From an uncultured Acidimicrobiaceae bacterium (GTDB taxonomy: Bacteria; Actinomycetota; Acidimicrobiia; Acidimicrobiales; RAAP-2), in assembly GCA_963706305.1 (NCBI GenBank), contig OY970152.1, forward strand, positions 1,531,777-1,595,776: a stretch of 64,000 nucleotides of DNA. The letters run 5' to 3'. Below are positions 22,208-32,474 of this stretch, one piece after another. The translations under genes and the position numbers were made by a program. Under the pieces are notes generated by a model. It saw only the letters and a program-made list of their open reading frames with translations. It was not told the DNA's origin and did no database searches. Every line of letters starts with the position of its first letter. The first letter of the stretch is position 1.

Positions 22208-25200
22208 TCAGGCTCCCACTGGGCTCTTGCGGCGGGCCTCGGCAATGGCGACGAAACACGCGGCGTACTGATTCGGCGCCACCTCGTCGAGCTCCGGCGT
22301 GACGGTCTTGCACTCTTCGATGGCGTACGGACAACGGGGTTGGAACCGGCATCCAGGCTTCGGGTCAACGACCTTTGGCGGCTCACCGGCGTCGATCGAG
22401 ACGGACTCGTCGAGAGGACTGCGGGGATCAGGCACGGCCGAGAGCAGGAGCTTGGTGTAGGGATGACGAGGGTCGGTCAAGATCTGTTCGGCCGGGCCGA
22501 CTTCAACGACATGGCCCGCGTACATGACGAGGATGCGGTCGGCGATGTAGCGCGCCGAGGCGAGGTCGTGGGTGATGTAGAGGATGGAGACATCTTCGCG
22601 CTCTCGAAGGTTGGCCATGAGATTGAGGATGCCGACGCGGATGGAGACGTCGAGCATTGAGACGGGCTCGTCGGCGAGAATGAGCTTCGGTCGCAGCACG
22701 AGCGCTTGGGCGAAACCGATCCGCTGGCGTTGGCCGCCGCTCAGCTCGTAGGGATACTTATCGAGCATCACCTCCGCGGGCTCGAGGCCGACGGCTTCCA
22801 TGACCCGGATCGCCTCGGAGCGCCGCGCTGACGCATCGAGGTCTGGTCGGTGCAGCTTGATCGCTCGCATGATTCCGTGTGAGACCCGATACGAAGCGTT
22901 GATCGCGCTGTAGGGATCTTGGAACACCATCGGAACCTCACCGCGGTACGCCAGCTTCTCCTTTCGCCCCCTGATGTCGTTGACCGGCTGACCTTCGAAG
23001 CGAATGACTCCCGAAGACGGGGAATAGAGCGACGCAAGGAGACGGGCGATCGTGCTCTTGCCACTCCCGCTCTCGCCCACCAGCGCGACGATCTCGCGCT
23101 TGCCGATCGTGAAGCTCACGTTGTCGACAGCGTGCAGGAGCTTCTCCGACCAGAAACCCCGCATTCGGAATGTCCTCGTCAGATTGGATACCTCGAGCAG
23201 CGGGGCGGGTTCCGCGTCGGGTGAAGTGGAGTCCGACAGCGGCTCACTCTGCAGCGCAACAGCGTCGAGCGCCGCGCCGTCGTTGATTGCTCGTCCCGAG
23301 CGCCCGGCAAGACTCCCCGTTTCAGGCGGCGCGTCCGTGTAGAGCAGGCAGCGGACGTCGGACCCGCCCACGCGATAGAGGGGCGGCTCGATGACCGAGC
23401 ACTGGGGCATCGCGTCGGCGCAGCGAGGTTGAAAACGGCAGCCGGGCGGAGGTATGAGGAGATTCGGCGGGGAGCCGGCGATACCCGTGAGGGGGATCTT
23501 CTTGCCGCGGATCGATGGATACGCCTCGAGCAGCGCGCGGGCGTAGGGGTGGCGCGGCGTGTCGAAGACGGTTGCTGTTGCCCCAAGCTCGGCCACCTGC
23601 CCGGCGTACATGACCATCAGTCGGTCCGAGAAGTGTCGCACCAGCGAGATGTCGTGAGTCACGAAGATCACAGCGAAGCCCAATCGCTCCTGGAGCTCCT
23701 TGATCTGGTGCATCAGAGAACGCTGTCCAACGACGTCGAGGGCAGAGGTGGGCTCGTCCATGACGATCAGGTCTGGCGTGAACAACAGCGACATGGCGAT
23801 CATGGCGCGCTGACGCATGCCGCCCGACAGCTGGTGGGGATAGCTGTTGAGATGGATGGGATCGATCGAGACGAGGCGTAGTACCTCGGCCGACCGATCG
23901 GCGATCTCGTCCTTCGACATCGCCGAGTGCGCCTTGCAGGCGTCACGCATCTGCTGGCCTACGGTCATCACTGGGTTCAGCGCGTTCATCGCATTTTGCA
24001 TGACGACCGAGAAGTCGCGCCAGCGCAGATGGCGCAGTTGGTTGTCACTCATCTCGGCCATCTCTTCACCGCGAAAGGTCACGCTCCCGCCAATGATTTC
24101 GGCCGGCGGGTTGAGCAGTCGGCTGATGGCAAAGACCAAAGTCGACTTGCCGCAGCCAGACTCACCCACGATCGAAAGGAACTCCCCTCGGTGCAGATCG
24201 AGGTCGACGTCGTCGACCGCCACGACCGGACCGGCGTCGCTGGCATAGGCGACCGAGAGGTTGCGAACTGATAGCAGCAGATTCGACGACGATGTTTCCC
24301 CGGCGTCGCCTCGGCTTACGACGTCGGGCTCGTTCGAAGGGGTAGTGAGTGACGGGTCAGCGGGGACCTGAATCCCGCGCGGGCGCGGAGAGCGACGCAC
24401 GGGCCGCAGCGCCGGGTTGGCGATCTCGTCGAAGGCGAAGTTGATCAAGGCGAGTGACCCACCGAAGAGGGCGAGGCAGACGCCCGGCATGATCGCCCAC
24501 AGCGCTAGACCAGATTGGAGCGCCGCTTGTTGATACGACCAGTACAGCATCGTGCCCCAACTCTGAGCATTGGGGTCACCGAGGCCGATGAACTGGAGCC
24601 CGGCGGCAGTGAGTACGGCGAAGACGGCGTTGAGACAAAAGGCGGCCACGATCAACGAACTCATCGACGGCAGCATTTCTGCCGTGATGATGTAGCTGGT
24701 GCGTTCGCCGCGGACGGCGGCTGCTTTGAGAAAGTCTCGGTTGCGCATTGAGAGCGCTTGCACGCGCAGCTGGCGAGCGCTGTAGGACCAGTTCAGGGCA
24801 CCGAGGATGATGATGATGTCAAGCAGACCAGCGCTCTTCAAATACGCGGCGATGATGATGAACAGCGGGAAGATTGGAATGACGAGCAAGATGTCGGTGA
24901 TCGTCGAGAGGACACCGTCGGTCACGCCGCCGACATACGCGGACGCGACTCCGATGAGTACCGCAACAAGCGTGGCGATGGCGCCCGCCGCGAAGGCAAT
25001 GATGAGCGACTGACGCGCCCCCCAGATGAGCTGAGAGAAGATGTCTTGGCCGAACGACGTCGTGCCGAGCCAGTGGGCCGCCGAGGGAGCCAGGTTCGGC
25101 GAGAAGCTCTCGGCGCTCGGGCTGTAGGGGGCGATCAGACCTGGAAAGACGGACAGCACAAGAAAGAACAACAGAAAGAACAAGCCGATTTGCGCCTTGC

Positions 25201-25345
25201 GATTGCGCACGAGGTTAAGCCACATGTTGTTACCGCGCGAACGCTCCTCACGAGCGATCGCGCGCTTGGCGTCGACGTCGTCGTGAGCGATGACGACTGT
25301 CACATCTTCTGGGAGCGTGTCGTCAGGGCGGTTTGAATTCGACAT
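22208..25345 (-). CDS. Fused Opp/Dpp ABC permease + two ATPase domains (OppC-OppD-OppF)
   Basis: HWLGTTSFGQDIF permease; two Walker A motifs (GESGCGKST, GESGSGKST), two LSGG signatures, two Cys-rich GCRFQPRC C-terminal domains in one 1045-aa ORF. Confidence 0.9.
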   Translation of the reverse strand: MSNSNRPDDTLPEDVTVVIAHDDVDAKRAIAREERSRGNNMWLNLVRNRKAQIGLFFLLFFLVLSVFPGLIAPYSPSAESFSPNLAPSAAHWLGTTSFGQDIFSQLIWGARQSLIIAFAAGAIATLVAVLIGVASAYVGGVTDGVLSTITDILLVIPIFPLFIIIAAYLKSAGLLDIIIILGALNWSYSARQLRVQALSMRNRDFLKAAAVRGERTSYIITAEMLPSMSSLIVAAFCLNAVFAVLTAAGLQFIGLGDPNAQSWGTMLYWSYQQAALQSGLALWAIMPGVCLALFGGSLALINFAFDEIANPALRPVRRSPRPRGIQVPADPSLTTPSNEPDVVSRGDAGETSSSNLLLSVRNLSVAYASDAGPVVAVDDVDLDLHRGEFLSIVGESGCGKSTLVFAISRLLNPPAEIIGGSVTFRGEEMAEMSDNQLRHLRWRDFSVVMQNAMNALNPVMTVGQQMRDACKAHSAMSKDEIADRSAEVLRLVSIDPIHLNSYPHQLSGGMRQRAMIAMSLLFTPDLIVMDEPTSALDVVGQRSLMHQIKELQERLGFAVIFVTHDISLVRHFSDRLMVMYAGQVAELGATATVFDTPRHPYARALLEAYPSIRGKKIPLTGIAGSPPNLLIPPPGCRFQPRCADAMPQCSVIEPPLYRVGGSDVRCLLYTDAPPETGSLAGRSGRAINDGAALDAVALQSEPLSDSTSPDAEPAPLLEVSNLTRTFRMRGFWSEKLLHAVDNVSFTIGKREIVALVGESGSGKSTIARLLASLYSPSSGVIRFEGQPVNDIRGRKEKLAYRGEVPMVFQDPYSAINASYRVSHGIMRAIKLHRPDLDASARRSEAIRVMEAVGLEPAEVMLDKYPYELSGGQRQRIGFAQALVLRPKLILADEPVSMLDVSIRVGILNLMANLREREDVSILYITHDLASARYIADRILVMYAGHVVEVGPAEQILTDPRHPYTKLLLSAVPDPRSPLDESVSIDAGEPPKVVDPKPGCRFQPRCPYAIEECKTVTPELDEVAPNQYAACFVAIAEARRKSPVGA

Positions 25346-25350
25346 GGCTG

Positions 25351-26337
25351 CTAGGAGGACTCTCTCGTTCGTGGGTCAAGGATCGCCGTGAGCACGTCGC
25401 AGATCAAAAGGCTGAACAGCACCGCGAGCGTGATGAGAAGGAAGAGCGCTTGCATGAGCGGGTAGTCGAGGCCCTCGACCGCTCGCAACAAGAGGCCTCC
25501 TAGTCCGGGGTAGTTGAAGACGTACTCGACCAGGATGGCTCCTGACACCACAAAACCGAGCGCCATAGCGAAGCCCGTCAGATTCGGGAGGATGGCGTTC
25601 CGCCCGGCGTAGGCCCACATGACGCGCCACGGCTTGAGCCCTTTCGCTCGGGCCATGCGGACGTAGTCTTCGGCGAGCACCGTAATCGTGTTGTTCCTCA
25701 TGAAGAGGATCCACAAACCGATTTGGGTGATGATGATCGTCAGCCCAGGAAGGATGGCGTGGCGAAGCACGTCAAGGATGTACACCAAGTTCCAGGCGGG
25801 GACGTCGCTGAGGATGTTGTACGCGTCCTCGTAGGGCAGCCATCCGAGCGTGACGCTAAAGATATAGACGAGCAGCAGCCCAACCCAGAAGTAGGGGAGC
25901 GCGAAGCCGATGACGGCCATCGGGGGCAGTATGTTGTCAAGCCACGTGCCCCGCCGCCACGCGCTCAACAGCCCGATGAAGGTGCCGAGGATGAAGGCGA
26001 GGACGGTTGTCACGCCGACCAGACCGAGGGTCCAGGGCAGAGCGTTCAACACCATCGTCCTCACCGGAGTCCCGAAGCTCGTGGTGATGGAGATGCCGAA
26101 GTTGAGCGTCACGACGCGTTTCCAGTACTCGCCGTACTGCACGATCAGGCTCTGGTGCTGTCCACCGCCCAGGAGCGTCGTGAGCGCGCGGAACGCCTGA
26201 GGCGTGATGTGCGGGTACTGAGAGAGGAGAGCTTCAGCCGGGTTACCCGGCATGAGGCGGGGCAGAAGGAAGTTCAAAGTCACCGCGGCCCAGACCGTGA
26301 CGACGAAGAAGGCCAGCCTTCGACCGATCGCTCTCAT
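25351..26337 (-). CDS. Opp/Dpp ABC permease (OppB type)
   Basis: LPRLMPGNPA, DYVRMARAKGL, VEYVFNYPGLG, DPRT C-terminus. Confidence 0.93.
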   Translation of the reverse strand: MRAIGRRLAFFVVTVWAAVTLNFLLPRLMPGNPAEALLSQYPHITPQAFRALTTLLGGGQHQSLIVQYGEYWKRVVTLNFGISITTSFGTPVRTMVLNALPWTLGLVGVTTVLAFILGTFIGLLSAWRRGTWLDNILPPMAVIGFALPYFWVGLLLVYIFSVTLGWLPYEDAYNILSDVPAWNLVYILDVLRHAILPGLTIIITQIGLWILFMRNNTITVLAEDYVRMARAKGLKPWRVMWAYAGRNAILPNLTGFAMALGFVVSGAILVEYVFNYPGLGGLLLRAVEGLDYPLMQALFLLITLAVLFSLLICDVLTAILDPRTRESS

Positions 26338-26373
26338 TCGGGCTTCCTTCCGGCTCGGACTAGAGCCGGCACC

Positions 26374-28032
26374 TTATTTTTCGCGCAAGTGCAAGAGGAC
26401 AACGCCCCAGTCTGGCACGGCGTACTGATTGGGCTGCGCGTACGGGTCACTCGGCGTCACCCAACCCGTGATGTTCTGGGTGTCGTACTGGTACCAGTCG
26501 ACGGCTTCGGTGATCGGTATGACTGGCACATCGCTGAGCATGACCTTTTGCAGTTCATCGATGACCGAGTGCTGAACCGCGGTGCTCGTGGTGGCGGCAT
26601 AGGTCGCAAAGAGCGCGTCGGTCGTGGGACTGCTGTAACGCTCCCAGTCGTCAGAGGCGGACTTGCCGATCGGTGCTGTGTTCACGGAGTCGAGTATCGC
26701 TCGCAGCTCGTAGTACGGCGTGGGGCCGCCAGAGTCCCAGCTGTAGGCGAGCTGGTATTGACCGGTGTCAAGGTCGGACTCCCAGGTCGTGCCCGAGAGG
26801 TTGTCCGGTGTGACCGAGATGCCGACGGCCTTCAGGTCCGTCTCGATGACGTTCACCGACGCGACCCAGTCGGAGTAGCCGCCGTTGTTGATGATCGTGA
26901 AGGAGAGCTGCTTGCCGTCCTTCGCGAAGATGCCGTTAGCGCCCTTCTTGTAGCCGGCGGCCTTCAAAATGGAGATCGCCTTGGCCGGGTCGTAGGAATA
27001 GGCGTTGCCGTATTGGGCGGCCTGGGACGAGTCGTACCAGCTGGAGTACGTCGGCTTCACGATGCTGGTCTGGTTCGATGCTGGTTCGTAACCGGACTCA
27101 CCGATCTTGGAAACCGCCGAGCGGTCGATGGCGTAGGCCATGGCTTGACGAACGGCCAGATTGGAGAGAATCGAGTTCTTCAGGTTGATGTAGATGTTGA
27201 CGTTGTAGGTCGGCTCGAACCAGATGTGGTAGTCCGGGTTCTTCGACAGGTAGTAGGCCTTGATGTTCGGGATGTACTGCGAACCCCACTGGTCGACGCC
27301 ACTCGCGAGGTCGGCGTTCGCTGCGTTGTTCGAGAGATAGGACGGGAAGTTCACCGTTTCGATGTATGGCTTTCCCGGCTGCCAGTAGTTGGCGTTCTTC
27401 GTGTACTGGATGTTGGCGCTGCTGCACGTGTGCATCGTGTACGGCCCGGTGCCAATCGGGGCAGCGTCGAGATAGGTGACCGGGTTCTTGATCTTCGACC
27501 ATATGTGCTGCGGCACAATGGGCGTCTCGTCGGCGATGTAGTAGAAGTACGTCACCGACGGCTTCGTGAACTGGAACATGACCTGGTTCGATCCCTTGGC
27601 CGACACGCTGCTGAGCACCGACCAGTCGCCGTTGAGGTCGAGCGCGGGATACTTCTTGAGCAGGTCGAAGGAGTAGATCACGTCTTTTGCACTGAACGCG
27701 GTACCGTCAGACCACTTCACGCCGCTTCGAATCGTGAAGGTGAGCGTCTTGTTGCCATTGGACCATGCCCACGCGCTGGCCAGCCACGGGGTCGTCGCTC
27801 CGTTTTTGAGTGAGTCCATGTACACGAGCTCTTCGTAGACCGGCCCAAAGGAGGCGAACTGGTCGGCGGCGCTGTACGGGTTGAACTGGCAGTTCCACGC
27901 GACCCCGTATTCATCGGAGATCGAGACCGTGGAAGAGTTGCCCGAGCCAAAGGCGGCAGTTGATAAGCCGAGGCCGAGGGCGACCGTGCTGCCGATCACC
28001 GCTAACCGTCGTGCCCATGTCGTGGTGGTCAT
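26374..28032 (-). CDS. Opp-family (SBP class 5) substrate-binding protein, probably oligosaccharide-binding
   Basis: FTIRSGVKWSDGTAFSAKDV, PIGTGPY, VRQAMAYAIDR; ATG at 28032; sits in a sugar-catabolic locus. Confidence 0.9.
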   Translation of the reverse strand: MTTTTWARRLAVIGSTVALGLGLSTAAFGSGNSSTVSISDEYGVAWNCQFNPYSAADQFASFGPVYEELVYMDSLKNGATTPWLASAWAWSNGNKTLTFTIRSGVKWSDGTAFSAKDVIYSFDLLKKYPALDLNGDWSVLSSVSAKGSNQVMFQFTKPSVTYFYYIADETPIVPQHIWSKIKNPVTYLDAAPIGTGPYTMHTCSSANIQYTKNANYWQPGKPYIETVNFPSYLSNNAANADLASGVDQWGSQYIPNIKAYYLSKNPDYHIWFEPTYNVNIYINLKNSILSNLAVRQAMAYAIDRSAVSKIGESGYEPASNQTSIVKPTYSSWYDSSQAAQYGNAYSYDPAKAISILKAAGYKKGANGIFAKDGKQLSFTIINNGGYSDWVASVNVIETDLKAVGISVTPDNLSGTTWESDLDTGQYQLAYSWDSGGPTPYYELRAILDSVNTAPIGKSASDDWERYSSPTTDALFATYAATTSTAVQHSVIDELQKVMLSDVPVIPITEAVDWYQYDTQNITGWVTPSDPYAQPNQYAVPDWGVVLLHLREK

Positions 28033-28389
28033 TTCTCTCCCCCTTTGGTGTAACGCGCGCGTCCTCGCCGGTTCGGCTCGAATGCGTGCGATCACCTTAC
28101 ATCGTCGCGTAAATCTATTAAAGAAACATCATTGCCCTAATTCACCGCACACTACCGCAAGCCGATGGACCCGTCAAGGACGGCGGCGTTGGTCTCACGA
28201 GCGCACGATTCGTTACCGACCGAAGACGTCGTCACCGAACTCTCAGCCTTCGTCGCGCTCGCTCTACGATGGGCTCGTGATGCGCTCACGACACTGTACG
28301 AGGCGGTCGTCAACGAACAGCGCGTACGATTGCAACTCGATGATCGAAGGTGGCGCGGAGACTTCGTCGAATGCTCGAGTCGCGCACAC

Positions 28390-30000
28390 GTGAGCGCATC
28401 GATCGCCCTCATTCCTCTTCCGCTGAGCGTCACGCCTGGTCGAGGAGATGCCGCCGGCTGTCTGCTCAACGACGGCCTCGTGATCTCCTATGCGCCCGAC
28501 GTCGTTCGAGAAGCACGATGGTTTCAGCAAGTACTCGAAGCGGGCACGGGATGGCTCATTCAGCTCGTCCCGCGCGAATCCGCGGACGACGCCACGATCG
28601 AGCTCAACCTCGTCTCGCAGATTGAACTCCCGTCCGAGGTTGTCGGCGGCGCGCACGACGGCGCGCTTGACGCGGCCTACACGCTGACATGCTCCGGTGG
28701 CCGCGTCGTCATCACTTCCCCTGGAGCAGAAGGGACCTTCTACGCGCTGGAGACCCTTCGCCAACTGCTGCCGGATGCCGCTTTTCGGCGCGCGGGGTGG
28801 TCCGAGCCGATCTCGCTTCCTGATCTGGAGATCGTCGACGCACCCCGGCTCCCTTGGCGCGGCGTTCTTCTTGACGTCGCGCGCCACTTCATGCCCAAAA
28901 CGTTCATCCTCGAGCTGATCGACCTTCTCGCTCTTCACAAGTGCAACGTCCTTCACCTTCACCTCACGGACGATCAGGGCTGGCGCCTCGAGGTCGAGGC
29001 GTATCCTCGCCTCACCGATGTCGGGGCCTGGCGCCGCGAGTCGCTCGCTTTAGGTGCTACAGATGCCGAGACGGACGAATCATTTCACGGCGGTTACTAC
29101 AGTCGCCTAGATCTCGAAGAGATCGTCACCTTTGCAGCCGAGCGACACGTGCAGGTGCTGCCCGAAATCGACATGCCCGGGCACATGGTGGCTGCGATCG
29201 CGGCCTATCCGGCGTTGGGCAACATTGATAAGCAGCTGACGGTTCGTCCTACATGGGGGGTCTCGAGTCACGTTCTCAACCTCGAGGACGACACACTTCG
29301 CTTCTGCACTGATGTCCTCGATGAGGTTGTGCGCACCTTCCCAGAACCGTACGTTCACGTGGGTGGCGACGAGTGCCCGACAACCGAGTGGACGACGAGT
29401 CCTCGCGCTCAAGCGATCATGCGCGACGAGGGGTACACAGACGAGCGACAGCTCCAAGGCTGGTTCACTGCGCGCATCGCAGATCATCTTGCTCGACTCC
29501 ATCGTCGAGTTGTGTGCTGGGACGACGTACTCGAAACCATCGCGCCACCTGACGCGATCTTGATGGCGTGGCAGAACGAGGCAAGCGGCGTCGCCGCGGT
29601 CGCGGCGGGGCACGACGTCGTGATGGTGCCACAAGAGTTCCTGTATTTCGACCGCCCCGAGTCCGCCGATCCCGACGAGCCCGTGGGCTTTCCTGCGGTG
29701 ACGACGCTGGAAATGGTCTACCTCCACGATCCGGTGCCGGCGTCGATTCCGACCGCGGATCGCCATCACGTACTCGGAGCGCAATGTCAGTTGTGGACTG
29801 AGTACGTGTCAACGCCGAGCGAGGCGGAGTACCGATACTTCCCACGACTCTGCGCCTTCGCCGAAACCGTTTGGACCGCCGAGACCCCCGGACGCCCCAG
29901 ATCCTTCGAAGAGTTCGAAGGGCGTCTTGAGCAACACCTCGAGCGGCTCACGGCGATGGGTGTGAACTTCCGACCACTCGAAGGGCCCCCTCACATCTAG
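28390..30000 (+). CDS. Beta-N-acetylhexosaminidase, GH20
   Basis: WRGVLLDVARHF, HLHLTDDQGWR, PEIDMPGH, HVGGDEC catalytic motif, CQLWTEY; start GTG 28390 or ATG 28165. Confidence 0.93.
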   Translation: MSASIALIPLPLSVTPGRGDAAGCLLNDGLVISYAPDVVREARWFQQVLEAGTGWLIQLVPRESADDATIELNLVSQIELPSEVVGGAHDGALDAAYTLTCSGGRVVITSPGAEGTFYALETLRQLLPDAAFRRAGWSEPISLPDLEIVDAPRLPWRGVLLDVARHFMPKTFILELIDLLALHKCNVLHLHLTDDQGWRLEVEAYPRLTDVGAWRRESLALGATDAETDESFHGGYYSRLDLEEIVTFAAERHVQVLPEIDMPGHMVAAIAAYPALGNIDKQLTVRPTWGVSSHVLNLEDDTLRFCTDVLDEVVRTFPEPYVHVGGDECPTTEWTTSPRAQAIMRDEGYTDERQLQGWFTARIADHLARLHRRVVCWDDVLETIAPPDAILMAWQNEASGVAAVAAGHDVVMVPQEFLYFDRPESADPDEPVGFPAVTTLEMVYLHDPVPASIPTADRHHVLGAQCQLWTEYVSTPSEAEYRYFPRLCAFAETVWTAETPGRPRSFEEFEGRLEQHLERLTAMGVNFRPLEGPPHI

Positions 30001-30010
30001 GCGACTCGGG

Positions 30011-31207
30011 CTAACGCTTCATTACCCGCTGCCACGCGTGCTCGGCGCCGACCGCAAGACCGCCTTGGACGATGGCGTCTTCGCCGAGCGCACTCGCGCG
30101 CAGTGCGAGCGGCAGCCTGACGAGTGGGCGCAGCTCGCGCTTGACGAGCTCAACGAAGTAGTCGGCCTGTCCGATCCCGCCGCCAAGAACAACCAAGTCG
30201 AGGTCGACGACGGCAGTGATCGAAGCGATCGACCGGGCAATGAGGTTCGCTTCGTCGGCGACGACTCGAGTGCATAGCTTGTCGCCTTGCTCGGCGGCGG
30301 CGAAAATGCGGCGGGCCGTCACGACGCCGCTCATCTTGGCTTGCTTCGCCGCGCGCACCACGCCTGCTGCTGACGCCGCTGCCTCGAGCCATCCGCGAAG
30401 CCTCGCGTCTTTCGGGTCGACGCCGCGGTCGCTTCCGAGCGTCATGAAACCAATTTCACCGGCGCCACCGTGCGAGCCTCGATGGAGGTTGCCATCGAGG
30501 ATGAGGCCGAGACCAATGCCTGTCCCTACCGAAACGAAGCCGAAGTTCTGCACGCCTTGCGCCGTACCCACGTCGCGTTCGGCGAGCGCCGCGAGGTTGA
30601 TGTCATTTTCGACCACCATGTCCCCGCCGAAGGCACGGCGCAGCTCGGCGAGCACCTGCGGACGTTGCCAGCCGGGCAGACCTCGCGCCATGAAGAGAGC
30701 GTCGCGGCGACGGTCGTAGATTCCGGGACTGCCGATCACAGTTTGGGTGACGGCCGACCTCTTGATCTTCACCGTGGCCACGAGCTCGTCGGCGAGTTTC
30801 ACCAGCTCCGAGACGCGACCGGCGCTGCTCGACGGATGTACCCTTCGCTGGCCACGCCCCCTCACTGTGCCCGAGAGATCGGCGATAGCGCCGCGGACGT
30901 ACTCGCGCCCGACGTCAAGTCCGAGAATGAAGCCTGCCTCGGGGCGAAGCTGGTAGAGCGCGGGCGCGCGCCCGCGACGGCCGGAGATCCGACCGGCCAC
31001 TCGGATCAATCCCTCATTTTCGAGAGTGGCGAGCGCCACGGCCACCGTCGGCTTCGACAGGCCCGACACTGCTGACAGTTCGCTACGCGAAACACTTTCG
31101 AACTTTCGAATCTGTTCGAGGAGGAGTTGCTCATTAAGTGCTCGCATAAGGCTCGGACGGGCCGCCAGTACTTGCGGCGTGTTCGAAGACTCGTCGTCGT
31201 GTTGCAT
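30011..31207 (-). CDS. ROK-family transcriptional regulator (NagC-like)
   Basis: HTH (VSRSELSAVSGLSKPTV), GRRGRAP, ENDINLAALAE, GAGEIGFM; lacks the Cys zinc motif. Confidence 0.88.
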   Translation of the reverse strand: MQHDDESSNTPQVLAARPSLMRALNEQLLLEQIRKFESVSRSELSAVSGLSKPTVAVALATLENEGLIRVAGRISGRRGRAPALYQLRPEAGFILGLDVGREYVRGAIADLSGTVRGRGQRRVHPSSSAGRVSELVKLADELVATVKIKRSAVTQTVIGSPGIYDRRRDALFMARGLPGWQRPQVLAELRRAFGGDMVVENDINLAALAERDVGTAQGVQNFGFVSVGTGIGLGLILDGNLHRGSHGGAGEIGFMTLGSDRGVDPKDARLRGWLEAAASAAGVVRAAKQAKMSGVVTARRIFAAAEQGDKLCTRVVADEANLIARSIASITAVVDLDLVVLGGGIGQADYFVELVKRELRPLVRLPLALRASALGEDAIVQGGLAVGAEHAWQRVMKR

Positions 31208-31390
31208 TGCGCTGTTCTACTCTCCCCGACCGCCAATATCCGAACTCGTGTTGCGTCGGGATCACGATGTGGTGTCCTGATGGTAGCGAACGCGTCAGCT
31301 TTGGACCGAGTTGTCGCGAGTCCACGGATGCTCGACCGTGCAAAGATGAACGAGAGCCAGGCGTCCTGTCGGAGTTACCTCTGAGCCGCC

Positions 31391-32416
31391 TTATGCGGAA
31401 AGTGTGATCTTGTTCAGACCCTCGGCAGTATCGATGGGCCGTCCACGCAGTTCGCCAAGGCGAAGCGCCAGTACTTGACCCACGACTACTTGAGCCAGTC
31501 CCACACTCCAGTTCGGCGCGGACTCGCCGAGCACGATCTCTTCATCGCTGGCGAGACCGACGCGCTCGTGAGTGCGCACCACGACGGTGCCCATGCCCGC
31601 CCGCTGACTCTCGGTCAAGAGCTCGCCAGCAACGGCGTCGCTCAACTCATCGGTGACAATCAGCACGAGCGTTGAGCCTTCGCCCGCGGCTCCGATAGGT
31701 CCATGCAGGAAGTCCGGCGCGGCAAATGACTCCGATCGGATGCCTGCCACCTCGCGGATTTTGAGAGCAGTCTCGGCGGCTACCGATTGACCAATACCCC
31801 GGCCGACGACGGTGAGTCCTCCACCAACGTTCAGCGCCGCAACCGGCAGGCTCGTCTCGAGCGCCCAGGTCGCAGTCCGCTCCACGAGTTCGGGCAGTCC
31901 ATCAAGGCCCTCGAGTGCGGAGCCTTGGAGGGCCTCCACCAACTGGGCGAGCGCCTGCCACGTCGACGAGAACGTCTTGGAAGCGGCGACGGCCAGCTCC
32001 GGCCCGGCTTCCAGCTCGATGACGTGTTCGGCCACTGCCGCAAGCGGCGACGTTGCGTCATTCGTGATCACCGCGTTAGGCCGCCCTTGAGCAAGAGCGC
32101 GTTCGACAACCGCAAGAAGGCTTGGTGTTCGACCTGACTGAGAAATTGCGAGCACTGCAGCACCGTTAAGACCGATGGCGGTTTCGCCCTCGTACAGCGA
32201 GGGCGTGGCGAGAGCTACCAAGAGTCCGAGGTCTTCACCCGCCAGATACTGGAAGAAGAGAGCCGCGTTGTCGGAAGAGCCCCGAGCGGCGGCGAGCACG
32301 TAGGACGCGCCCTGAAATGACTCGGCAACGAGCCTCGCCTGTTCGCGTCCTCGCTCAGCGCGCTCGCGCAGGATTGAGCCCTGAGAACGGATCTCCTGTT
32401 CAAAGCGTGTCGTCAT
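31391..32416 (-). CDS. SIS-domain sugar-phosphate isomerase/deaminase (GlmS C-terminal-like, putative glucosamine-6-P deaminase)
   Basis: ARGSSDNA, ISQSGRT, AVAASKTF, AETALKIRE, FLHGP; two SIS domains, no glutaminase domain. Confidence 0.82.
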   Translation of the reverse strand: MTTRFEQEIRSQGSILRERAERGREQARLVAESFQGASYVLAAARGSSDNAALFFQYLAGEDLGLLVALATPSLYEGETAIGLNGAAVLAISQSGRTPSLLAVVERALAQGRPNAVITNDATSPLAAVAEHVIELEAGPELAVAASKTFSSTWQALAQLVEALQGSALEGLDGLPELVERTATWALETSLPVAALNVGGGLTVVGRGIGQSVAAETALKIREVAGIRSESFAAPDFLHGPIGAAGEGSTLVLIVTDELSDAVAGELLTESQRAGMGTVVVRTHERVGLASDEEIVLGESAPNWSVGLAQVVVGQVLALRLGELRGRPIDTAEGLNKITLSA

Positions 32417-32474
32417 CGCACCCCATCAGCATGTTCGTACGCCCGTAGCGTAGTGGGGTTGATCTTCGTTCCCG

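Noticed and set aside
25723-27813. 696-aa ORF on the + strand
   Set aside because: Antisense shadow of oppA/oppB; high-GC codon bias removes stops on the opposite strand and the translation has no family motif.
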